Origin: Candidatus Latescibacterota bacterium | GTDB taxonomy: Bacteria; Latescibacterota; UBA2968; UBA8231 | NCBI GenBank assembly: GCA_965243025.1 | Contig: CBDETY010000003.1 | Span: forward strand, 1,408,001-1,472,000 | Direction: 5' to 3' | DNA: 64,000 nucleotides | Translations under genes and position numbers: made by a program | The notes under the pieces: generated by a model | The model's database searches: none | What the model saw: only the letters and a program-made list of their open reading frames with translations | Told to the model about the DNA's origin: nothing | Part shown: positions 21,277 to 30,894 of the stretch, piece by piece | Layout of the letters: each line of letters begins with the position of its first letter | How positions within the stretch are numbered: the stretch's first letter is position 1

Positions 21277-21469
21277 AGCATTCCCGCATCAGGCCGATTC
21301 CCGCTCCAGCCCGGCCTCCTTCAGGTGCAGAGAACCTAAGGGCATATCCAGCCTGATCTTGCGCGCTTTCGCACCGGGGCTATATTTGGAAATTTTTGAA
21401 AAATCACCCCTCCAAACCCCCGGACTGACCGAACCGACTGTTTTGCCCGGCCCGTTCCGCCAATAAGCG

Positions 21470-21796
21470 ATGCCGACATACGAGTACGAATGTCCCAGAT
21501 GCGGTACGACCTTTGAAGAGTTTCAAAGTATAACGGCCGACCCTCTGACCGAATGCCCGCAGAAGGACTGTGGGGGCAAGGTCAAGCGCCTGATCGGGGC
21601 CGGCGGGGGACTCCTGTTCAAGGGGTCCGGATTTTACATAACCGACTACAGAAGCGACGGGTACAAACAGGCGGAGAAAGCGGCGAAGGAGTCGGCTCCG
21701 TCCTCCGGCAAGTCCGATAAATCCGACAACAAAGCGGCAAGTTCCGGAAACGGCGACGGCGGGGGCGGAAAGAAAAAGGCCTCCAGTAAAGATTGA
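21470..21796 (+). CDS. FmdB-family zinc-ribbon protein
   Basis: MPTYEYECPRCG..CPQKDCGG..FKGSGFYITDY plus low-complexity K/S tail. Confidence 0.93.
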   Translation: MPTYEYECPRCGTTFEEFQSITADPLTECPQKDCGGKVKRLIGAGGGLLFKGSGFYITDYRSDGYKQAEKAAKESAPSSGKSDKSDNKAASSGNGDGGGGKKKASSKD

Positions 21797-21915
21797 AGCG
21801 CTACCCAGCAGAAAACACCGTATGCGGGTCCCGGTCGGGGAACCGCATACAGATCCCCGCGTCCAATGCGGAGCCCCGCTGGCTCCCCGGCCGGGTCGGC
21901 CCGGGGATCCTGGCG

Positions 21916-22398
21916 ATGGCCGCGGCGGCCTGGATGTTCTCCATCGCGTGTTCCCGGGAAACCCCCGAACAGGCGATGGCCGCCGCCGAAGCCGCGGCGC
22001 AGGCGGCGGCGACGGACAGCACCTCGCTGAACCTCGCTGCCGAACGGTTCGGCGATTTCCTCGAACGCTATCCCCGGCATGAGTCCGCTCCGAAAGCACT
22101 GCGGATGCTGGCCATGATCACCCAGCAGGAGGGGGACATGCGCGGTGCGATCGGGCACTACGAACGGCTGCTCGAGAAGTACGGCAGCAGCGAGTACGCC
22201 GACGACGCCCAGTTCATGGTCGGGTTCATCTCCGAGGAGTACCTCGACGACTACGCGCGCGCCCGCGAGTCCTATCGCCTGGTTATCGACCGCTATCCCG
22301 ATTCGGAACTCGCCGCCAGCGCCCGGCGGCTGTTGCCCAACGTCGGCAAGGCTCCCGAGGAATGGGTCAAGTTCCAGGAAGGGGCCAGCTCCCCGTAA
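21916..22398 (+). CDS. Tetratricopeptide-repeat (CpoB/BamD-like) probable lipoprotein
   Basis: SIAC lipobox-like segment, repeats ERYPRHE, EKYGSSEYADDA, DRYPDSEL; start uncertain (21793-21916). Confidence 0.75.
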   Translation: MAAAAWMFSIACSRETPEQAMAAAEAAAQAAATDSTSLNLAAERFGDFLERYPRHESAPKALRMLAMITQQEGDMRGAIGHYERLLEKYGSSEYADDAQFMVGFISEEYLDDYARARESYRLVIDRYPDSELAASARRLLPNVGKAPEEWVKFQEGASSP

Positions 22399-22560
22399 GG
22401 CCGACCCCCGTTCCACCGGTTACTCAGCGATGATCGAGGCAGGTTCTCTCACCCATCGGATCGGAGTTCTCCCGAACGACGCAATTATCCGGCAACCTGC
22501 AGGGCTGGAAAAACCAGGGGTGGCTTCCTGGCGGCAGTCACCGGGTTCAGACAGGATTCC

Positions 22561-23556
22561 GTGACGACCGATATCGACATCAACGCCATAACCGAACGCG
22601 TCCACCGCGACTCCCAGGCGGTGGATCTCATCCTGCAGCAGATGGACCGCGTGGTCGTCGGCCAGCGCCACATGGTCGAACGCCTCGTCATCGGCCTGCT
22701 GTGCAACGGCCACGTCCTGCTGGAAGGCGTTCCGGGGCTTGCCAAGACCCTGACGGTGAGCACCCTTTCCAGGATAATCGGGGGCGATTTCAAGCGGCTT
22801 CAGTTCACCCCCGACCTGCTTCCCGCCGATCTGACGGGTACGCTCATCTTCGATCAGGTCTCGGGTACATTCCGGCCGAAGAAGGGCCCGATATTCGCCA
22901 ACCTCGTGCTTGCCGACGAGGTCAACCGGGCTCCGGCAAAGGTGCAGAGCGCCCTCCTCGAGTCGATGCAGGAACGCCAGGTGACGATCGGCGAAGAGAC
23001 TTACCCCCTGGACGATCCGTTTCTGGTGATGGCGACGCAGAACCCCATCGAGCAGGAGGGCACCTATCCTCTCCCCGAGGCGCAGATAGACCGTTTCATG
23101 CTGAAGGTCAAGGTCGGGTATCCGTCACGGGAGGAAGAGCGCTCCATTCTCGACCGCATGGCCGAGGACGGGGAAATCGAGGTCGAGCCAGTGGTGTCCC
23201 TCGACGACATACGTGCGCTTCGCAACTCGGTGCGCCTGGTGTATGTCGACGACAAGATCAAGGACTACGCCGTCGACCTGGTGCAGGCTACCCGCAACCC
23301 CGCTGGGGCGGGAATGTCAGAGCTCGCCGCTCTCATCGAATACGGGTCCTCTCCCAGGGCGACGATTTTCCTGGTACGGGCGGCACGGGCGCACGCCTTC
23401 ATCCGCAGGCGGGGATACGTTACCCCGGAAGACGTCAAGTCGGTGGGAGCCGACGTTCTGCGCCACCGCATCGTGGTCAGCTACGAAGGCGAGGCCGAGG
23501 AGATCGACTCGGAGGAGGTCGTCAGGCGGCTGTTCGACGGCGTCGAGGTTCCGTGA
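22561..23556 (+). CDS. moxR: MoxR-proper AAA+ ATPase
   Basis: HVLLEGVPGLAKT, RLQFTPDLLPAD, LADEVNRAPAKVQSALLE, ATQNPIEQEGTYPLPEAQIDRF. Confidence 0.97.
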   Translation: MTTDIDINAITERVHRDSQAVDLILQQMDRVVVGQRHMVERLVIGLLCNGHVLLEGVPGLAKTLTVSTLSRIIGGDFKRLQFTPDLLPADLTGTLIFDQVSGTFRPKKGPIFANLVLADEVNRAPAKVQSALLESMQERQVTIGEETYPLDDPFLVMATQNPIEQEGTYPLPEAQIDRFMLKVKVGYPSREEERSILDRMAEDGEIEVEPVVSLDDIRALRNSVRLVYVDDKIKDYAVDLVQATRNPAGAGMSELAALIEYGSSPRATIFLVRAARAHAFIRRRGYVTPEDVKSVGADVLRHRIVVSYEGEAEEIDSEEVVRRLFDGVEVP

Positions 23557-23563
23557 GGTCCAC

Positions 23564-24439
23564 TTGATACCCAGGGAAATTTTCGACCGGGTGCGGCTGA
23601 TCGAGATTCACACCCGCAGCGTCGTCAACAGCCTTTTCGCGGGGGAATACCACTCGGTGTTCAAGGGGCGCGGAATGGAGTTCGCCGAGGTCCGGGAGTA
23701 CCAGCAGGGGGACGACGTTCGCAGCATCGACTGGAACGTGACCGCCCGCGCCGGGCGGCCGTTCGTCAAGCTTTTCGACGAGGAGCGGGAACTGACGGTG
23801 CTGTTGGTCGTCGACGCCAGCGGTTCGGGGGCCTTCGGAAGCACCGACAAGATGAAGGGGGAGATCGGCGTCGAGATTTCCGCGCTGCTCGCTTTTTCCG
23901 CCATAAAGAACAACGACCGCGTCGGGCTGCTCATCTTCACGGACGAGGTCGAGGTCTTTCTGCCGCCGAAGAAGGGGCGCCGCCACGTTCTCCGCGTGAT
24001 CCGCGAACTGCTGTACTTCGAACCGCGGGGGCGCGGGACCTCGCTCGCCACGGCGCTGGAATACCTCGACCGGGTGGTTCACCGCCGCGGAGTTGTTTTC
24101 ATCATTTCCGACTTCCGCGACAGCGGCTACGATATGGCGCTGCGGCGTTTGAGCCGAAGCCACGACACCATAGCCGTCAACCTGGTCGATCCCCGCGAGG
24201 AGGCGCTGCCCGACGCCGGCATGCTTGCCCTGCACGACGCCGAAACGGGCGGCCGGTTGCTCGTCGACAGCGGAGACCCCCGCGTGCGCGAATTGTTTCA
24301 GACCGGGGAGGCCAACGCCGACGCAGCGCGACGACGGCTGTTCCGAAGTCTCGGTGTCGACGAGGTTCGCGTCGACACTTCCGCTTCCTGCATAGAGCCG
24401 CTAATACACTTTTTCAGGGCGCGAACGAGCCGCAATTAG
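23564..24439 (+). CDS. DUF58 (VWA-like) MoxR partner
   Basis: GEYHSVFKGRGMEFAEVREYQQGDDVRSIDWNVTAR, EEREL, DASGS; TTG start. Confidence 0.95.
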   Translation: MIPREIFDRVRLIEIHTRSVVNSLFAGEYHSVFKGRGMEFAEVREYQQGDDVRSIDWNVTARAGRPFVKLFDEERELTVLLVVDASGSGAFGSTDKMKGEIGVEISALLAFSAIKNNDRVGLLIFTDEVEVFLPPKKGRRHVLRVIRELLYFEPRGRGTSLATALEYLDRVVHRRGVVFIISDFRDSGYDMALRRLSRSHDTIAVNLVDPREEALPDAGMLALHDAETGGRLLVDSGDPRVRELFQTGEANADAARRRLFRSLGVDEVRVDTSASCIEPLIHFFRARTSRN

Positions 24440-24474
24440 CAGACCTGCCGAACACTGAACAGGAGGTGTAAAGG

Positions 24475-25422
24475 GTGATAGAGGTAAACGACCTGTCGAA
24501 GTACTACGGCGACGTGCCGGCCATCGACGGCGTGTCGTTCAGGGTAGAGAAGGGACAGATTCTCGGTTTTCTCGGTCCCAACGGAGCGGGAAAAACCACG
24601 ACGATGCGGGTCCTGACCTGCTACCTGCCGCCATCGAGCGGCAGCGCCTCGGTCGACGGCCACGACGTGGTCGAGGAATCGCTCGAGGTCCGCAAGCGCA
24701 TCGGCTACCTCCCGGAGCTGCCGCCCCTCTACAGCGACATGACAGTCGATTCATACCTGGGTTTCGTCGCCAGGATAAAGGGGGTGCCCGGTCCGGAGAT
24801 CAGCGCGCGAATGGACGAGACCATGGAACGGACCGGAATCGCCCATGTCCGCAGCCAGGTAATCGGCCACCTGTCCAAGGGTTACCGCCAGCGGGTAGGG
24901 CTCGCCCAGGCGCTGGTTCACAACCCGAGCGTTCTCATTCTCGACGAGCCGACGGTCGGACTCGACCCGAAGCAGATCATCGAGATCCGCGAGACCATCA
25001 GGGGATTGGGGGGAGACCACACCATCATCCTCAGCACCCACATCCTGCCCGAGGTCAGCATGACCTGCGAGAAGGTGGTTATCATCAACGCAGGCCGCAT
25101 AGTCGGGGAGGGTACGCCCGAAAGCCTGATCGCCGAGTTGAAGGAAGGGGAGATGCTGCGCGCCCAGGTCGCCGGGCCCCCGGAGGAGATCCGCTCGGCC
25201 ATAGAGGGTGTGGAAGGGGTCATCGAGGTGCGCGAGGACACCGCCGGCGGCAGCGGCGGCGCCGATACGGTCTTCATCGTCACCGCGGCTCCGGGAAGGG
25301 AGATCAGGGACCAGGTCGCCAAGCGGCTCGTCGACGGAGGTTACGGACTGCGCGAGCTGCGCGGCCTCGAGATGACCCTTGAAGATATTTTCCTGCGCCT
25401 GACCACCGAGGAGGAGGCTTGA
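24475..25422 (+). CDS. ABC-2 exporter ATP-binding subunit (GldA-like)
   Basis: GPNGAGKTT, LSKGYRQR signature, ILDEPTVGLDP, STH. Confidence 0.95.
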   Translation: MIEVNDLSKYYGDVPAIDGVSFRVEKGQILGFLGPNGAGKTTTMRVLTCYLPPSSGSASVDGHDVVEESLEVRKRIGYLPELPPLYSDMTVDSYLGFVARIKGVPGPEISARMDETMERTGIAHVRSQVIGHLSKGYRQRVGLAQALVHNPSVLILDEPTVGLDPKQIIEIRETIRGLGGDHTIILSTHILPEVSMTCEKVVIINAGRIVGEGTPESLIAELKEGEMLRAQVAGPPEEIRSAIEGVEGVIEVREDTAGGSGGADTVFIVTAAPGREIRDQVAKRLVDGGYGLRELRGLEMTLEDIFLRLTTEEEA

Positions 25423-26210
25423 AGATGCGCAACCTGCTCGCCGTTTACTCCAAGGAGATGCGGTCGTACTTCGTGTCACCGGTAGCCTACGTGATCGCCG
25501 GGGTGTTCCTGTTCCTGTCGGGTTACCTGTTCCGCAACATCCTGATGCAGTTCAACTGGTGGTGCCTTCAGTACAGCCAGCGGGCCCAGTACATGGACGC
25601 CAGCGGCATGCCGCCCCTCAACCTGAACGAGATGGTGGTGACCCAGTTCTTCGCGGTCATGGACTTCATCTGGCTGCTCGTGGTGCCGATGCTGACGATG
25701 CGGCTGTTCGCCGAGGAGAAGAAAACGGGGACGATCGAGCTGCTGATGACGTCGCCGATCTCGACGACCCAGATCCTGCTCGGAAAGTTCTTCGCCTGCT
25801 TCACGCTCTACACCGCCATCGTCGCCCTGACCCTCGTGTACTGCGGCATCCTCGAAGTTTACGGCGATCCGGACTGGGGACCGATCTGGTCCGCCTATCT
25901 CGGGTACCTGCTGCTCGGGGGCACCTTCATCGGCGTCGGCATTCTCGCATCCGCCGTCACCGAAAACCAGATCGTCGCCGTGCTTCTCGCCTTCGGCGCC
26001 CTCCTGCTGCTCTGGCTGATCGACTGGTCGGCGAGCTTCGCCGGTCCGACTCTGGCCAAGATCCTCCAGTACCTGTCGATCATCCAGCACCTCCAGGACT
26101 TCCAGCGCGGCGTCATCGACACCAAGGACGTCGTCTTCTACCTGAGCTTCGTTTTCTTCACCCTGTTCGCCACCGGCCGCGTCATCGAGTCGAGACGCTG
26201 GCGGCGGTAA
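25419..26210 (+). CDS. ABC-2 permease (GldF-like)
   Basis: KEMRSYFVSPVAY, TMRLFAEEKKTGTIELL, LGKF, TENQIVA, RGVID; about 6 TM segments. Confidence 0.92.
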   Translation: MKMRNLLAVYSKEMRSYFVSPVAYVIAGVFLFLSGYLFRNILMQFNWWCLQYSQRAQYMDASGMPPLNLNEMVVTQFFAVMDFIWLLVVPMLTMRLFAEEKKTGTIELLMTSPISTTQILLGKFFACFTLYTAIVALTLVYCGILEVYGDPDWGPIWSAYLGYLLLGGTFIGVGILASAVTENQIVAVLLAFGALLLLWLIDWSASFAGPTLAKILQYLSIIQHLQDFQRGVIDTKDVVFYLSFVFFTLFATGRVIESRRWRR

Positions 26211-26231
26211 GGGGACGGCAATCGAATCGCG

Positions 26232-29200
26232 ATGAAAGCGTATACCACCCACATCAGCCTGGCCGGCGCCGCCCTCGCACTCATGGGGGCGCTGGCGCTG
26301 GCTCTCGATCCCGAGGAAACGGGCGTACAGCTCGCCTGCCTCGGGGCCGGGGTGCTGGTGATCGCGGTCTGCGCCGCGATCAACCCCGCCCTGTTCAAAC
26401 AGTACTCGAGCTGGCTCAACGCCCTGTGGGGGAGCATCCTGGTGCTGTTGATCGTCGTCATGGTCAACTTCGTCACCAGTTCCCACCCGCAGCGGTACGA
26501 TCTCACCGCGGGAAAGCTCCACAGCCTCTCCCCCCTCACGGTGGAGTCGCTGCAGGGGCTCGACAGCGAAGTGCGCGTCCTCGCCTTCATGGAGAAGGGG
26601 GAAAACGAGAAGCTCGAGAGCCTGCTCGAGCAGTACTCGACGTACAGCGGCTCCTTCGATTTCGAGCTCGTCGATCCCGACCGCGATCCCCGGAGAACGA
26701 GCGACTACGGCATCCGCCGCTACAACACCGTCGTTGTCGAGTCGGGCGAGAAGCAGCAGAAGGTGACCGAGCTGACCGAGAAGGAACTCACCAACGCGAT
26801 GCTCAAGGTGACCCGGGACCGCCAGTCCTTCGTCTATCTCACCGTCGGCCACGGCGAGAAGGGGGTTTCCCAGACCGAACTCGGGCTCAGCAGACTGCGG
26901 GACCGCCTGCAGGAGATCGACTACGTGGTCGAGGACTCGCTTTTCCTCGCCAGGGCCGGCGAAGTCCCGGGCGACTGCGCGGTGCTGGTCATCGCCGGGC
27001 CGCAGTCTCCGTTCTTCAGCACCGAAGCGGAGGCAATCGCGCGCTACCTCGACGCCGGAGGCTCGGTCATCGCCCTCCTCGACCCGGCCAACGAGAGCGG
27101 ACTGGAGGCGCTGTTCGCTTCATGGGGGGTCGAGTTGGGGGACGACTTCGTCATCGACACGAGCGGAATCGGGAGCCTGTTCGGTCTCGATTTCACCATT
27201 CCCGTCGCCGTCAGCTACGACCAGGAGCATCCGCTGGTCAGCAAGCACCGTTCGGGCACCATGACCTTCTTCGAGCTGGCGCGCTCGGTCCGCTTCGTCG
27301 GGACCGAATCCGTCGAAGGTGTGGAGCTGGTAACGACGAGCAGCCAGAGCTGGGCCGAGCGGGATCTCAGCGCCCTCCAGCCCGGACAGGGGAAGCGCAC
27401 GGTATCGCTGGACGAGGGCGTCGACCGGGCCGGCCCGGTAGCCCTGGGGGTCGCCGCGAAGCGGCAGGAGGGCGGCAGGCTCGTCCTCTTCGGCGATTCT
27501 GACTTTGCCAGCAACCGCTATTTCGACCTCCAGGGAAACGGCGATCTCATCCTCAACGCGATCAGCTGGCTGGCCGCGGACGAGGGCCTGATCTCCATCA
27601 GGCCGCGCGAGGCCGGCTTCAACCCGATCGCGCTGACCGACAGCCAGTCGGAATGGATCTTCTGGGTCGGCGTCATCCTGTATCCTCTGGCGGTTGCCCT
27701 CGCCGGCTTCTTCGTCGTCTCGAGCAAGGGCCGCTGGAGCGTGCGCGATCTCCTGGCCGCCGGGCTCGGACTGGCGCTGTCCCTCGGCATCGTCACCCTG
27801 GTGAACTTCATCGGCGACCGCTATCACAGCCGTCTCGATCTGACCGCGGACGGCCTGTTCACCCTGTCCCCGAAAACGCGGGATCTGCTCGAGCGGGCCG
27901 AACGGCAGGACCGCCTCATTACCGTCAAGGCGTTCACTTCCGAGATCGAGTCGATGCGCTTTCGCGAATTGATGGACGAGTACAGTTACGAGACGCGCAA
28001 CTTCGATTACGAGATAGTCGATCCGCAGCAGCGCTCCCTGGAATGGAAGCAGCACGGGGTAACCGTCCGGGGAACCTCCCTCGTCGAGGTGTCGGGGGAC
28101 GGCAAGGTGCACAGCGAACGCATCGAGGAACAGACCGAAGAGGCGCTGAGCAACGCGATCAAGAGCGCCCTCGATGCCCGCGAGCGCCGCATAGCGTTCA
28201 TCGGCGGGCACGGCGAGGGAATGCTGACGGAAGTCGGCGGGGAGGGGTTCAGCATACTCAACGGGCGCCTGAAGGAGTTGAATCTGCAGATCGACGAGGG
28301 CGTCCGGCTCGACGGCGCCCCGATAGCGGCGCAGACGCTGGTCCTCCTCGGCCCGAAGCAGCCGTTGTCGGCGGTCGAGGCGGTGGCATTCGAAGCCCTC
28401 CTCCGCAAGGGCAAGGACGCTCTTGTCCTCACGGATCCAGGTGTCGACACCGGGCTCGAATCCGTGCTGGAGGGGTACGGTATCGAACTGGGGAACGACT
28501 TCGTCGTCGACCTGAGCGGTATCGGGCAGCTCCTCGGCGCCGACGTTTCGGTTCCCGTCGTGATCCAGTACGGCAACCACCCGGCCACCGGAAAGATCGG
28601 CTCCGGCACGATGAGCTTCTTCCCGTTTGCGCGCTCGGTTACTCCGGCTGCGGACGAGGTCGCCGGCTCGGAAATCACCGCCCTGGCCTTCACCCACCGC
28701 AGCAGCTGGGGGGAGACCGATCTGTCGCCGCTGGCAGGAGAGGGAGGGCAGGTCGAGTTCGATCCGGAGAAGGACCGCCAGGGCCCCCTGTCGCTGGCGG
28801 TAGCGGTCAAGGCCGATCCCGACAGCGCCGCCAGCGGCGACAAGACCCGTCTCGCGGTCTTCGGGGACTCCGACTTCGCCCGCAACCAGTACTTCGGCCA
28901 GCAGGCCAACGGCGAGCTGTTGATCGGGGCCCTGAAATGGGTGACCGAGAGCGAGGATCGTCTGGCGATTCCCGTGAAACGCCCCGCCTTCAACCCCATC
29001 AACCTCGTCGGCAACCAGGGGGACGTGGTGCTGTGGGTCTCGGTGTTCGTGCTGCCTTTCGCCGTCGCCCTGTCGGGATTCGTCATCATGCTGCGCCGCG
29101 GCTACGCGGCCTACTCTTCCGGGTTTGTCCGCTGGCTGATGTACTCCCACTTCTCGGCGGCAACCGGTCTCTTCGGCCTGGCGACGGTGGCGGTCGCCGA

Positions 29201-29456
29201 CGGCAACATCCTCGCCGGGCTCGGTTACTTCATCCTGTCGGTCGGACTGGCGATGACCGGCTACGGCCTGCACCGCAGGGAGCCCTGGTCATGGCCCGCG
29301 GCCCTGGCCTTCAGCGCAATCGTCGTCGGGGTCGGGTTCGCCGCGATTCCCCACGAGACCCTGCAGCTGGTATCCGCCGGCTGGTGGATTGCAAATGCCT
29401 GTATCCTCGTCTGGATAAAGAGCGACTTCACCCCGAAAACCGGGACGGAGAAGTAG
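26232..29456 (+). CDS. GldG/GIFT-domain ABC auxiliary protein with two tandem GldG modules and extra C-terminal TM helices
   Basis: Two copies of DLT..LS, GHGE, DFV.D.SGIG, GTM.FF..ARSV, SW.E.DLS, FGDSDFA.N, FNPI. Confidence 0.9.
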   Translation: MKAYTTHISLAGAALALMGALALALDPEETGVQLACLGAGVLVIAVCAAINPALFKQYSSWLNALWGSILVLLIVVMVNFVTSSHPQRYDLTAGKLHSLSPLTVESLQGLDSEVRVLAFMEKGENEKLESLLEQYSTYSGSFDFELVDPDRDPRRTSDYGIRRYNTVVVESGEKQQKVTELTEKELTNAMLKVTRDRQSFVYLTVGHGEKGVSQTELGLSRLRDRLQEIDYVVEDSLFLARAGEVPGDCAVLVIAGPQSPFFSTEAEAIARYLDAGGSVIALLDPANESGLEALFASWGVELGDDFVIDTSGIGSLFGLDFTIPVAVSYDQEHPLVSKHRSGTMTFFELARSVRFVGTESVEGVELVTTSSQSWAERDLSALQPGQGKRTVSLDEGVDRAGPVALGVAAKRQEGGRLVLFGDSDFASNRYFDLQGNGDLILNAISWLAADEGLISIRPREAGFNPIALTDSQSEWIFWVGVILYPLAVALAGFFVVSSKGRWSVRDLLAAGLGLALSLGIVTLVNFIGDRYHSRLDLTADGLFTLSPKTRDLLERAERQDRLITVKAFTSEIESMRFRELMDEYSYETRNFDYEIVDPQQRSLEWKQHGVTVRGTSLVEVSGDGKVHSERIEEQTEEALSNAIKSALDARERRIAFIGGHGEGMLTEVGGEGFSILNGRLKELNLQIDEGVRLDGAPIAAQTLVLLGPKQPLSAVEAVAFEALLRKGKDALVLTDPGVDTGLESVLEGYGIELGNDFVVDLSGIGQLLGADVSVPVVIQYGNHPATGKIGSGTMSFFPFARSVTPAADEVAGSEITALAFTHRSSWGETDLSPLAGEGGQVEFDPEKDRQGPLSLAVAVKADPDSAASGDKTRLAVFGDSDFARNQYFGQQANGELLIGALKWVTESEDRLAIPVKRPAFNPINLVGNQGDVVLWVSVFVLPFAVALSGFVIMLRRGYAAYSSGFVRWLMYSHFSAATGLFGLATVAVADGNILAGLGYFILSVGLAMTGYGLHRREPWSWPAALAFSAIVVGVGFAAIPHETLQLVSAGWWIANACILVWIKSDFTPKTGTEK

Positions 29457-29459
29457 GAG

Positions 29460-30884
29460 ATGCGGTTCAAGACCAACCTCGTCATCAGCGCCGTTTTCGC
29501 AGCCCTGCTGGCATTCGTCTATTTCTACGAGATAAAGGGAGGGGAGGAGCGCGAAGAAGCGGCGAAGAAAGCCAGGCAGCTGCTCGACTTCAGCGATCAC
29601 GAAGCGGCGCGGATCTTCATCGAGCGCGCCGACACCCCAATCTCGGTGGCCAGGACCCCGGACGGCTGGCGCCTGCAGTCCCCGGTGACGGCCGACGCCG
29701 ACGAGAAGGCGATCGAGAGGTATCTTCGCAACCTGCGCGAAACCGAGATCGAGCGCGTCGTCGAAGACAGCGCCGCGGCCGCCGGCAACCCCGGGCTGGC
29801 GGCGAAGTACGGCCTCGTCAACCCCAGGCTGCGGGTCCTGATCGAGCTTTCCGAGGCGGTTCTCGACACCGTCGTTCTGGGGGCGGACAGTCCGACCGAA
29901 CGCTACGCGTACGCCCGGCGCAGCGGTGAGAATCCGGAGATATTCACCGTGCGCGCCTGGCGCTTCGACAACCTCGACAAGGGGATCTTCGACCTGAGAG
30001 ATCGCAGGGTTCTGGTTTTCGACAGCGAAGAAGTGCGCGAGATCGGCCTGGCCGGTTTCGCCCTCGAGGAGGAGCTCGCCGTTGTCCGGGAGGAAGAGGA
30101 CAGCTGGAGGCTGATGCCGGCCGACCGGCGCGCGGATGCCTCCGCAGTCGAGGAGCTGTTGCGTGAGCTTTCGAGCTCCGAGGTGCAGTCCTTCGTGAGC
30201 GAAACACCCGGAGATGAGGAGAAAGCGAATCGGGGTCTTTCCGAGCCGATATTCGAAGTCTCCCTTCTCCTGGGCGAGGAGCGGGCGGAGAAGCGGCTGT
30301 CCATCGGCCTCGAGGAGGAAGACGGGAAGCACTTCGCCTTCGATCCCAGCCGCGCGCCGATTTTCCTGGTCGATTCCACCCTCGTCAACGCCGCCGGCAG
30401 GAGCGCGCATGACCTGCGGGACAAACAGCCGGCAGCGGTCGAGGACCGCGACGCCATCGGCAGGATCGAGCTCTGGCAGGGGGAAGAGCCGGCGTTCACG
30501 GCCGAGCGCGACACGACCGGCGGCTGGCACATCTCCGCGCCTGAGGACCGCGAGGCAAAGTCGTGGAAACTCAACAGCCTGCTGGGCGACATCGACGGCA
30601 TCGAGGTCGAGGAATTCACTGTCGATGCCGCCGGGGATGCGGCCATAGACCTCGCTTCGTACGGCCTCGACGTTCCCGCGGTGCGCATTCAGCTCACCGA
30701 CGACCTCGAAGAGAAATTGGAAATCCGGGTCGGCGAGGTGGACGGCAGCGCCTATCTCATGCGCACGGGGGTGGCCTCGGTATACCGGGTCGGCACCGAC
30801 CTGCTCGAGGATCTGAAGCTCGGCCTCGACGACGTTTCGAAAGCCCCGGTCGCCAGGGCAGCGGACGACACCACCGCCGATTAG
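29460..30884 (+). CDS. DUF4340-family protein with internal repeats
   Basis: N-terminal anchor; repeats of W(R/H)..P...A(D/K), (Y/R)GL..P; position after gldG. Confidence 0.82.
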   Translation: MRFKTNLVISAVFAALLAFVYFYEIKGGEEREEAAKKARQLLDFSDHEAARIFIERADTPISVARTPDGWRLQSPVTADADEKAIERYLRNLRETEIERVVEDSAAAAGNPGLAAKYGLVNPRLRVLIELSEAVLDTVVLGADSPTERYAYARRSGENPEIFTVRAWRFDNLDKGIFDLRDRRVLVFDSEEVREIGLAGFALEEELAVVREEEDSWRLMPADRRADASAVEELLRELSSSEVQSFVSETPGDEEKANRGLSEPIFEVSLLLGEERAEKRLSIGLEEEDGKHFAFDPSRAPIFLVDSTLVNAAGRSAHDLRDKQPAAVEDRDAIGRIELWQGEEPAFTAERDTTGGWHISAPEDREAKSWKLNSLLGDIDGIEVEEFTVDAAGDAAIDLASYGLDVPAVRIQLTDDLEEKLEIRVGEVDGSAYLMRTGVASVYRVGTDLLEDLKLGLDDVSKAPVARAADDTTAD

Positions 30885-30894
30885 AGGGGGGAGG

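Noticed and set aside
24475-29456. Gliding motility system
   Set aside because: GldAFG-like transporters are widespread in non-gliding bacteria, and no gldB/D/H/J/K-N or spr genes are in the window
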